A DNA stretch of 39,721 nucleotides from Solirubrobacterales bacterium. Lineage in GTDB: Bacteria > Actinomycetota > Thermoleophilia > Solirubrobacterales > 70-9. Of the stretch, positions 33,022-39,721 are shown one piece after another. Position 1 is the first letter of the stretch, and every line of letters starts with the position of its first letter. The stretch spans positions 1 through 39,721 of the forward strand of contig JAUMFR010000132.1 of assembly GCA_032119755.1 (NCBI GenBank). The letters are read 5' to 3'. The notes beneath the pieces are model-generated. The model searched no databases, was not told where the DNA came from, and worked only from the letters and a program-made list of their open reading frames with translations. Both the position numbers and the translations under genes were made by a program.

Positions 33022-34254
33022 GTGGCCACCAAGACCAAGGACTCGACCACGACCAACGGCAATGGCAACGGAGCGTCAGCTGTCGTCAAGCCCGACTACG
33101 AAGGCGTCAGCCAGAAGCACTTCATCTTCAGCGACGAACACGAGCAACTTCGTGAATCGATCCGCGCCTTCGTGCAGAAGGAACTCGCCCCCCACGCTGA
33201 GGAGTGGGAGGAGACCACCTTCCCGAACTCGGTCTTCGAGCGGATGGGCGAGCTCGGCTTCCTCGGACTCGACAAGCCCGAGGAGTACGGCGGACAGGGT
33301 GGCGACTACTACACCTCCCTGGTCCTCGCCGAGGAACTGACCCACGCCCACTCGGGCGGTCTTGCGATGGGCGTTGCGGTCCACACCGACATGGCGATGC
33401 CCCCGATCCTCGCCTTCGGCACCGAAGAGCAGAAGCAGGAGTGGGCGGTCCCGGCGATCCAGGGCAAGAAGATCCTCTGCCTCGGCATCACCGAACCAGA
33501 TGCAGGATCCGACGTCTCGGCGATCAAGACGACCGCCAAGAAGGATGGCGACGAGTACGTGATCAACGGTTCCAAGACCTACATCACGAACGGCCATCGC
33601 TCCGACGTGATCGTGCTGGTCACGAAGACCGACACCGACGCTGGCTACGACGGCTTCACCCTGTTCCTCGTCCCGATGGACACGGAGGGTGTGATCCGCG
33701 AGAAGAAGCTCGAGAAGCTCGGGATGCACGCATCCGACACCGCGCTGCTCGCCTTCCAGGACGTACGCGTCCCGGAGTCGGCGGTACTGGGCGAGATCGG
33801 CAAGGGCTTCTACCACATCATGTGGGAGCTCCAGGGAGAGCGTCTGATCGGCGCCGCCGGCTGTGTCGCCGGGGCCGAGAGGGCATTCGAGAAGACCCTC
33901 GAGTTCGCCAAGGAGAGGAAGGCGTTCGGTCGCCCGATCGGAAACTTCCAAGCCATCCGCCACAAGTTCGCCGACATGGCGACCAAGATCGAGTCTGCTC
34001 GCCAGCTGACCTACATGACCGCATGGCGGTTCAACAACGGTGAGTATCCGGTTCGGGAGATCTCGATGGCCAAGCTCTACGCGGCCCAGGTCGCCTGCGA
34101 GGTCGCCGACGAGTGCCTGCAGATCCACGGAGGCGCCGGATACATGAAGGAGTACGGCATCGAGCGGGTATGGCGCGACATGCGTCTCAACCGCATCGGG
34201 GCCGGTACCGACGAGGTCATGCTCGACGTGATCGGTCGCTCTTACGGCCTCTAG
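33022..34254 (+). CDS. acyl-CoA dehydrogenase
   Basis: ORF 32914..34254 trimmed to GTG 33022 (AAAGGAG 7 nt upstream). ACAD motifs: GLGITEPDAGSDV, GSKTYITNG, QIHGGAGYMKEYGIERVWRDMRL..IGAGTDEVM. Confidence 0.9.
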   Translation: MATKTKDSTTTNGNGNGASAVVKPDYEGVSQKHFIFSDEHEQLRESIRAFVQKELAPHAEEWEETTFPNSVFERMGELGFLGLDKPEEYGGQGGDYYTSLVLAEELTHAHSGGLAMGVAVHTDMAMPPILAFGTEEQKQEWAVPAIQGKKILCLGITEPDAGSDVSAIKTTAKKDGDEYVINGSKTYITNGHRSDVIVLVTKTDTDAGYDGFTLFLVPMDTEGVIREKKLEKLGMHASDTALLAFQDVRVPESAVLGEIGKGFYHIMWELQGERLIGAAGCVAGAERAFEKTLEFAKERKAFGRPIGNFQAIRHKFADMATKIESARQLTYMTAWRFNNGEYPVREISMAKLYAAQVACEVADECLQIHGGAGYMKEYGIERVWRDMRLNRIGAGTDEVMLDVIGRSYGL

Positions 34255-34261
34255 GCCGCCG

Positions 34262-35440
34262 GTGGAAGTCAAGGGTCTCCCCGAGGCGCCGGCCAGCCGG
34301 CGCCTCGTTCCACCCTTCACCGAGGAGCACTCCGAGCTTCGCGAATCGATCCGCTCTTTCGTCGAGCGGGAGTTGTCGCCCCACGCCGACCGATGGGAAG
34401 AGGAGAGGTGGTTCCCCGACTCGGTGATCGAGCGGATGGGCGAACTCGGGTTCCTGGGACTCGACAAGCCCGAGGAGTACGGCGGGCAGGGTGGTGACGC
34501 GGTGCACGAGGCCGTACTGGCCGAGGAGCTGGCCCGGTGCGGCTCCGCCGGACTCGCGGCCGGTATCGGGGCTCACGTGGCAATCGCCACTCCGCCGGTC
34601 TGGAAGTTCGGCACCGAGGACCAGCGGCAGCGCTACGTGGTGCCGGCGATCAAGGGCGAGAGGATTGCGGCGCTCGGCATCACCGAGCCGGATGCCGGCA
34701 CGGATGTCGCCTCCCTGAGGACCCGCGCCGAGAAGGTCGACGGTGGTTGGCAGGTGAACGGTGAAAAGACCTACATCACCAACGGGGTGCGGGCCGGGTT
34801 CCTGGTCGCCGCGGTTCGGACGGGGGGAGAGTCGCACGACGGCATCTCGTTCCTGATCATCGACACCGACCAGCCCGGGTACCGCGCATCGAAGCTCGAG
34901 AAGATGGGCTGGCACGCCTCGGATACCGCGCTGATCTCGCTCGAAGACGTGTTCGTCCCCGAGGAGAACCTGCTCGGTGAAGATGGCGGTGGATTCAAGT
35001 TGATCATGGCCAACTTCCAGTGGGAGAGGCTCTTCATGGCGCTGGGGTCGGTCGCGGGGATGGAGCGGTGTTTCGAGCGGACTCTGGAGTTCGCCCTCGA
35101 ACGCGAGGCGTTCGGTCGCCCGATCGGCAATTTCCAGTCGATCCGGCACAAGTTCGCGGGGATGGCGACCACGATCGAGGCGGGGCGGGCGGTCACCTAC
35201 CACGCCCTTCGACGATTCGTCGCCGGCGAAGACGCCACCCGCGAGGTGACCATCGCCAAGCTGAAGACCCAGCGCGACGCATTCGAGGTGGCAGACACAT
35301 GTCTGCAGATCCACGGCGGCGCCGGATACATGGTCGAGTACGGCATCGAGCGGGCTGCCAGAGATGCCCGACTGGGTCCGATCGGCGGCGGAACCGACGA
35401 GATCATGCGGGAGATCCTCGGCAAGCTCTCGGGCCTCTAG
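34262..35440 (+). CDS. acyl-CoA dehydrogenase (paralogue)
   Basis: ALGITEPDAGTDV, GEKTYITNG, QIHGGAGYMVEYGIERAARDARLGPIGGGTDEIM. GTG start lies 7 nt after the upstream stop. Confidence 0.9.
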   Translation: MEVKGLPEAPASRRLVPPFTEEHSELRESIRSFVERELSPHADRWEEERWFPDSVIERMGELGFLGLDKPEEYGGQGGDAVHEAVLAEELARCGSAGLAAGIGAHVAIATPPVWKFGTEDQRQRYVVPAIKGERIAALGITEPDAGTDVASLRTRAEKVDGGWQVNGEKTYITNGVRAGFLVAAVRTGGESHDGISFLIIDTDQPGYRASKLEKMGWHASDTALISLEDVFVPEENLLGEDGGGFKLIMANFQWERLFMALGSVAGMERCFERTLEFALEREAFGRPIGNFQSIRHKFAGMATTIEAGRAVTYHALRRFVAGEDATREVTIAKLKTQRDAFEVADTCLQIHGGAGYMVEYGIERAARDARLGPIGGGTDEIMREILGKLSGL

Positions 35441-35571
35441 GGTCCGGTCACCTCTCGGGCTGCCCCGATCCCGCGAAATCGTCAAGAATGGCCGCAGCCG
35501 AGTCCTCCATAACTTGGAAGTCGACCCGCGGTTGACGCGGGCGGTAAATCAGAGACGAAAGGAAGCCCAAA

Positions 35572-36408
35572 TTGGGACTGCTTGACGGAAAGAGCGCAAT
35601 CATCACCGGATCAGCGCGAGGGATTGGTCGCGCGACCGCGGAACTCTTCGTTGCCGAGGGAGCGAAGGTCCTGATCAACGACCTCGATGCCGATGTGGCC
35701 GAAGAGGCATCCAACGAGATCGACGGGGAAACCGCTGTCTTCGCGGGAGACCTGACCGCCGACGGAGCGGCCGACGATCTGGTCAAGGCAGGGCTGGACG
35801 CCTTCGGCGAGATCGACATCGTGGTCAACAACGCCGGCTACACCTGGGATGGCGTCGTCCACAACATGTCTGATGAGCAGTTCCAGGCCATGCTCGACAT
35901 CCACACCGTGGTGCCGTTCAGGGTGATCCGTGCGATCGCCCCGTCCTGGCGCGAGGCCGCCAAGAAGGAAAAGGCGGAGGATGTGGAGCGCTTCCGCAAG
36001 ATCGTGAACATCTCCTCGATCTCCGGAACGATGGGCAACGCCGGACAGGCCAACTACGCAGCCGGCAAGGCCGGGGTGACCGGCCTGACCAAGACGGTCG
36101 CCAAGGAGTGGGGTGGCTTCAAGATCAACTGCAACGCCGTCGCTTTCGGCTTCGTCGAGACGCGTCTCACCCAGGCCAAGGAGAAGGGTGAGAAGATGAC
36201 CGCCGCCGGTGACAGCGGTGAAGAGGTCGATCTCGGTATCCCGGAGCAGATGCGCGCGATGGCCTCGATGATGATCCCGCTGGGCCGCCCGGCACAGCCC
36301 GAGGAGGCCGCCGGACCGGTGTGTTTCCTCTCCTCGGAGATGTCCAACTACATCCACGGCCAGGTGATCAACGTAACCGGTGGCCAGTTCACGGGGATGT
36401 ACTCCTAG
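35572..36408 (+). CDS. short-chain dehydrogenase/reductase (FabG-like SDR)
   Basis: TGSARGIGRA (TGxxxGxG), NNAG, and catalytic S...YAAGKAG (YxxxK). TTG start with GAAAGGAAG upstream. Confidence 0.9.
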   Translation: MGLLDGKSAIITGSARGIGRATAELFVAEGAKVLINDLDADVAEEASNEIDGETAVFAGDLTADGAADDLVKAGLDAFGEIDIVVNNAGYTWDGVVHNMSDEQFQAMLDIHTVVPFRVIRAIAPSWREAAKKEKAEDVERFRKIVNISSISGTMGNAGQANYAAGKAGVTGLTKTVAKEWGGFKINCNAVAFGFVETRLTQAKEKGEKMTAAGDSGEEVDLGIPEQMRAMASMMIPLGRPAQPEEAAGPVCFLSSEMSNYIHGQVINVTGGQFTGMYS

Positions 36409-36441
36409 ACAGGAGTAGCTGGACAGACAAGCGCTGCTTGC

Positions 36442-36486
36442 GGGGCGCCCCACGCACGCCATGTGCGGGGCGCCCCGTTTCGTTTC
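36442..36486 (+). terminator. intrinsic terminator candidate: two copies of the self-complementary decamer GGGGCGCCCC pairing over a 15-nt loop, followed by GTTTCGTTTC
   Basis: GGGGCGCCCC is at 36442-36451 and 36467-36476, giving a 10-bp all-G:C stem. A T-rich tract follows at 36477-36486. It lies 34 nt after the SDR stop codon. Confidence 0.55.
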
Positions 36487-36600
36487 GGGCTCCGTCCGCG
36501 CCTGATACCTTCCACACGAGGCTTTGGAGAGAGTCTCCCGTTGCGGGCGCAACTTGCGGCCGGTTGGCGGGTTTTCCAGACAGGGAAGGAAGAGACAGGC

Positions 36601-38025
36601 GTGAATACACAGTCCACACCGGTGAATCGAAGCGCACGCTTGATCGCGGCTGCGCTGATCGGAGTCGCGATGGCGGCGGGCGTCACCATGCTCTCCAGGA
36701 CCACCGATCTGGCATCCGGTGCCTCCCAGCGTGACACCGGAGGCATCCCACAGGCGACCTGCTTCTGGTTCGGGCCCGCGACGATGGGCAACCCCGCGAC
36801 CAACCTCGCCTACCCGGAGGAGTCCGCCATCTACTGGGGCGCACGATTCAGGCTCCCAGCAGGAGCGACACTGCTGCTCGACGGGAAGTACCCACACGCC
36901 AGGTTCATGTCGTTGAACGCATACCTCGACAAGGGCGCAACCGACGATCTGATCGATACGGAGATCAAGCCCAGCAAGGGCAGCGTCAACCCGTACAAGG
37001 TCGGCGCCAACCGCTACGCGCCGAAGCGTGCCTACCGGGTTGCGGTTCCCGGCCCGAACACGACGCCGCGAGGCTTTGCGAACGTGCTCGACTCTTCTGC
37101 CGACGGAACCAAGATCCAGGAATTGATCTACCGGGTCTACATGCCCGATACCGCCGGAGACCGGTCGGTTGGATCGCTTCCGAAGCCGAGCGTGAAGCTG
37201 AGGAGCGGCAAGGTCCTGAGGGGGACGAAGGCCTGCAGGGCGATCAACGACTCGCAGCGCTACTTCACGATGCAGACGATGCCCTCCAACATCTACACGG
37301 CCCTCGTCAACGCGGCCGGTACCGATCCTGCCAGCAATCCGGCCCAGGATCCGCTGCGCTGGGAGAAGTACTTCAACCTCTCGCTCGCTCTCTCGATCTT
37401 CTCGTACGGAGCGACCGACGAATCCAGCCGGGTCAACGCCAAGGCGCTTGGTGAACAGGGCGCCTACTACGACAACCTCGCGGTCAAGTACACGGTCGGC
37501 CCGATCAACCAGGCCTACGGCAAGGTCCTGATGCTCCAGGGCAAGCTGCCGACCACTCCCTCCAGCGGCAAGTCGGTGAGGAAGATGGGCTCAGGCGAGA
37601 TGCGCTTCTGGTCGGTCTGCACCAACTCCTCGCCGGTCGAGACCAGGGGCGTCGACTGCGTCAACGACGCGAAGTTGAAGGGCCTGATCGATGCCGAGCG
37701 CAACTACACGATCGTGGTCAGCCGCGCAGCGGATCGCCCGACCGAGGCGGTCGCAGGCTGCAAGGTCGCCTGGCTCGACTGGGGTGACGCAAAGGACATC
37801 CTCGACCGCGACTCAGGCACCCTGATACTGCGCAACCTCGCCTCCGATCCCGACTTCGCCCACTCGACCCAGAAGGTGACCATCGAAGACGTGGACGTGA
37901 CCAAGAACGACAACGGTGGGGTCAGCACCGACAACCAGCGCGGTGTGATGGGTGACTACCTGCCCACGGGTACCTACTTTGCAGATGAAACCGCTTTCAA
38001 CAACAGCTTCGACTGCTCCGGGTAA
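36601..38025 (+). CDS. secreted hypothetical protein (~475 aa), no family recognised
   Basis: ORF 36463..38025 trimmed to GTG 36601 (GGAAGGAAG upstream). The longer start would lie inside the terminator hairpin. Signal peptide is RSARLIAAALIGVAMAAGVTML...LASGA. The mature part has 6 Cys and coding-like composition. Confidence 0.7.
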   Translation: MNTQSTPVNRSARLIAAALIGVAMAAGVTMLSRTTDLASGASQRDTGGIPQATCFWFGPATMGNPATNLAYPEESAIYWGARFRLPAGATLLLDGKYPHARFMSLNAYLDKGATDDLIDTEIKPSKGSVNPYKVGANRYAPKRAYRVAVPGPNTTPRGFANVLDSSADGTKIQELIYRVYMPDTAGDRSVGSLPKPSVKLRSGKVLRGTKACRAINDSQRYFTMQTMPSNIYTALVNAAGTDPASNPAQDPLRWEKYFNLSLALSIFSYGATDESSRVNAKALGEQGAYYDNLAVKYTVGPINQAYGKVLMLQGKLPTTPSSGKSVRKMGSGEMRFWSVCTNSSPVETRGVDCVNDAKLKGLIDAERNYTIVVSRAADRPTEAVAGCKVAWLDWGDAKDILDRDSGTLILRNLASDPDFAHSTQKVTIEDVDVTKNDNGGVSTDNQRGVMGDYLPTGTYFADETAFNNSFDCSG

Positions 38026-38091
38026 GATTCCGGGCAGGGAGAAAGGCGTGCCGCCGGCGTGCCGAAACCAATAGGGAGGATCCATAGAGAG

Positions 38092-39461
38092 ATGACGACC
38101 ATGACCAACCAAACTTCGAGGAACCGGACTGCGCGGCTGGCTGGCGTACTCGCCACCTCGGCGCTCGCGTTCGGACTGATCGCCGCAGGAGCCTCTGCAG
38201 CGGTTCCGCAGGGACCGAGTGGAAACGCTTTCTACAACGCACCGGACAAGCTGGTCAGGAAGGCCCCACACGGGAAGGCGCTGCGGGCGCAGGCCGCGCC
38301 GCAACAGTTCCAGGACACCTACGGCGGTGCCACCGTGAAGAGGATCCTCTACAAGTCGACCAACGGCAAGAACCGTCCGGTCGAGGTCTCGGGTCTACTG
38401 ATGGTTCCCGAGGGTCCCGCCCCTGAGAACGGATGGCCGCTGATCACCTGGGCCCACGGCACCACCGGTCTGGCCGATGAGTGCGCGCCATCCCGCGACA
38501 CGGCCGACGAGCTCGGTGGCGGCTATATCGCTTACGCGAACGCCACCATCAACAACTGGCTCGAGGACGGCTACGCAGTAGTCGCCACCGACTACCAGGG
38601 CCTCGGCACGCCTGGTCTGCACGAGTACCTGATCGGTAACCCGCAGGGCAAGTCGGTGCTCGATGCCGTGCTCGCCGCTCGCCAGATCAACCCCGCGATC
38701 GGCACCAGGTACGCGATCACAGGGCACTCCCAGGGCGGTTTTGCATCACTCTGGGCGACCAGGCTCGCCCGCGGCGGCTACCTGAAGGGCAGGACGCTGG
38801 TCGGCACCGTCGCCTATGCACCTGCCTCACAGGTCAGCAGACAGGCTCACCTGATCAACAACTACACCACACCCAACGGGATTTCCGGACTCGCGATCCA
38901 GATCATCAAGGGCGCTTCGACCCAGATGAACAGGACCAAGAACATCACCAAGATCCTCAACCCGAGGGTGCTGTCGAAGACCGACGCCGGTCTCGCGTCG
39001 GGCGGCAAGTCGATCTGGCAGCGGGTGGACACCGAGTGCTCGGGTGCGATCGGAACTGCCGCTGGCGCGGCCGCCCCGAACGGGATCGCTGCGGCCGACA
39101 TCCTCGGCTCCTCGACAATGACACGAACGCCGACGGAGTGTTCGACAACCCGATCGCGCGGGAGCTGGATCGGGTGCTGAAGGCCAACGATCCGCTGTTC
39201 AGCAACGTGCAGACTCCTGTCTACGTGCCGCACGGCAGCGACGACACTACGGTCCAGCCGTTCTTCACCAACGACCAGCCGCAAAGCGTGAACTTCTTCG
39301 CCGCTGGTCTGGTCTACATACTGAACAACGGCCGCGGCAACGCCGACGTCACGTACGAGAGCTTCCTGGGACTCGACCATACGTCGATCATCACCGACTC
39401 GGGGCCGACTCTGGCTGTCGACGCGAAGCTCAACGACTGGTTCTTTCCGACTGGGTCCTAG
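38092..39461 (+). pseudogene. secretory lipase (LIP-family alpha/beta hydrolase) interrupted by a frameshift near 39050-39115
   Basis: Frame 1 (38092-39180) has a signal peptide (ARLAGVLATSALAFGLIAAGASA), LITWAHGTTG, VVATDYQGLG and the nucleophile elbow GHSQGG. Frame 3 (to 39461) continues with LLDNDTNADGVFDNPIAREL...PVYVPHGSDDTTV...LGLDHTS, which carries the likely Asp and His. The two ORF-track entries 38059..39180 and 39036..39461 overlap in different frames. Confidence 0.7.
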
Positions 39462-39490
39462 CTTTCGGGCCGGGAAACGAGGAACTATTT

Positions 39491-39528
39491 GAAACGGGCC
39501 CGCACGAGCGGGCCCGTTTCTCTTCTCT
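39491..39528 (+). terminator. rho-independent terminator
   Basis: GAAACGGGCCCGC-ACGA-GCGGGCCCGTTTC, a perfect 13-bp stem checked pair by pair, followed by TCTTCTCT. It lies 30 nt after the lipase stop. Confidence 0.8.
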
Positions 39529-39574
39529 GGGTGCTGATTCCCTGATTCCCTCCTGGCAGGGGATGCCGCTTGCT

Positions 39575-39721
39575 CTACGAAACCGCCTCGACCAACTGAC
39601 GAGCACTGGCGCTGATCTCACCCGGGTTTCCGCCCTCGCGCACTCCAACCAGACCGAGGCTTTGGGTCCCAGCCGGATCGAGCGCCAACTCTCCCACCAC
39701 GGCCAGGCACGGGACACCTGC
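39575..39721 (-). CDS. C-terminal 48 codons of a gene entering from the right edge (possibly glycerate-kinase-like; very tentative)
   Basis: Not in the ORF track. The reverse complement of 39575..39721 reads AGVPCLAVVGELALDPAGTQSLGLVGVREGGNPGEISASARQLVEAVS then TAG (39575-39577). This is protein-like, unlike the W/R-rich ORF 39430..39717 in another frame, which runs through the terminator hairpin. Confidence 0.35.
   Translation of the reverse strand, partial: AGVPCLAVVGELALDPAGTQSLGLVGVREGGNPGEISASARQLVEAVS

Noticed and set aside
35488-35535. A 15-codon mini-ORF (MAAAESSITWKSTRG) in the 131-nt gap before the SDR gene, and a small CCCGCG/CGCGGG hairpin next to it.
   Set aside because: It has no SD, is too short to evaluate, and the stem is only 6 bp. 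This could be chance in GC-rich DNA.
39534-39549. A tandem 8-mer, CTGATTCC CTGATTCC, in the last intergenic region.
   Set aside because: Only two copies, with no further array structure. This is most likely a trivial slippage duplication.
39430-39717. The ORF-track entry 39430..39717(-), 95 aa.
   Set aside because: Its translation is W/R-rich. It runs straight through the 13-bp terminator hairpin and into the lipase 3' end. A different minus-strand frame gives a protein-like C-terminus ending at 39575.
1-39721. tRNA, rRNA or tmRNA genes, CRISPR arrays, IS elements or integrons anywhere in the window.
   Set aside because: I found no T-loop-like GGTTCGAATCC-type motifs in non-coding DNA, no regularly spaced direct repeats, no transposase- or integrase-like ORFs, and no terminal inverted repeats. 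The intergenic regions are all about 270 bp or shorter. This was an eye scan only, so covariance-model tools could still find a small RNA.

Overview
Almost entirely coding, high-GC chromosomal segment that looks actinobacterial. The lineage markers are mIHF, HemQ/ChdC, FprA, a PimA-like GT4, YrbE/Mkl, MMPL and holin-X/DUF3618. I call 39 intact CDS (two of them partial at the window edges and missing from the supplied ORF track), one frameshifted lipase gene, three terminator-like hairpins and one candidate operator palindrome. I found no rRNA/tRNA, CRISPR array, transposase/integrase, prophage module or recognisable defence genes. Gene order, left to right:
- GNAT-like acyltransferase, divergent from an SPT-like alpha-oxoamine synthase
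- mIHF
- a minus-strand operon yrbE-yrbE-mkl-MMPL/RND-thioredoxin-like, with no MCE gene
- lipoprotein plus two tandem PQQ-type sugar dehydrogenases
- amt-glnK
- aldehyde dehydrogenase
- metE
- GT4 fused to a flippase-like domain
- a heme/Fe-S redox island: hemQ-fprA-bolA-grxD, convergent with an IscA-type carrier and a Grx-like gene
- DegV
- the DUF4235/holin-X/DUF3618 trio
- a large acyl-CoA cluster: TetR, C-N hydrolase, family III CoA-transferase, BKACE, carboxyltransferase and crotonase, divergent from 2 acyl-CoA dehydrogenases plus an SDR
- a terminator-flanked block with an orphan secreted protein and a frameshifted secretory lipase

I see no clear-cut new system. The best candidates for uncharacterised biology are the MCE-less MlaFE/Mkl-RND-Trx operon, the BKACE-centred acyl-CoA cluster, the SPT-like/GNAT pair and the GT4-flippase fusion. 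All functional calls come from motif recognition by eye, not from database searches. The many long ORFs antisense to real genes are high-GC artefacts.
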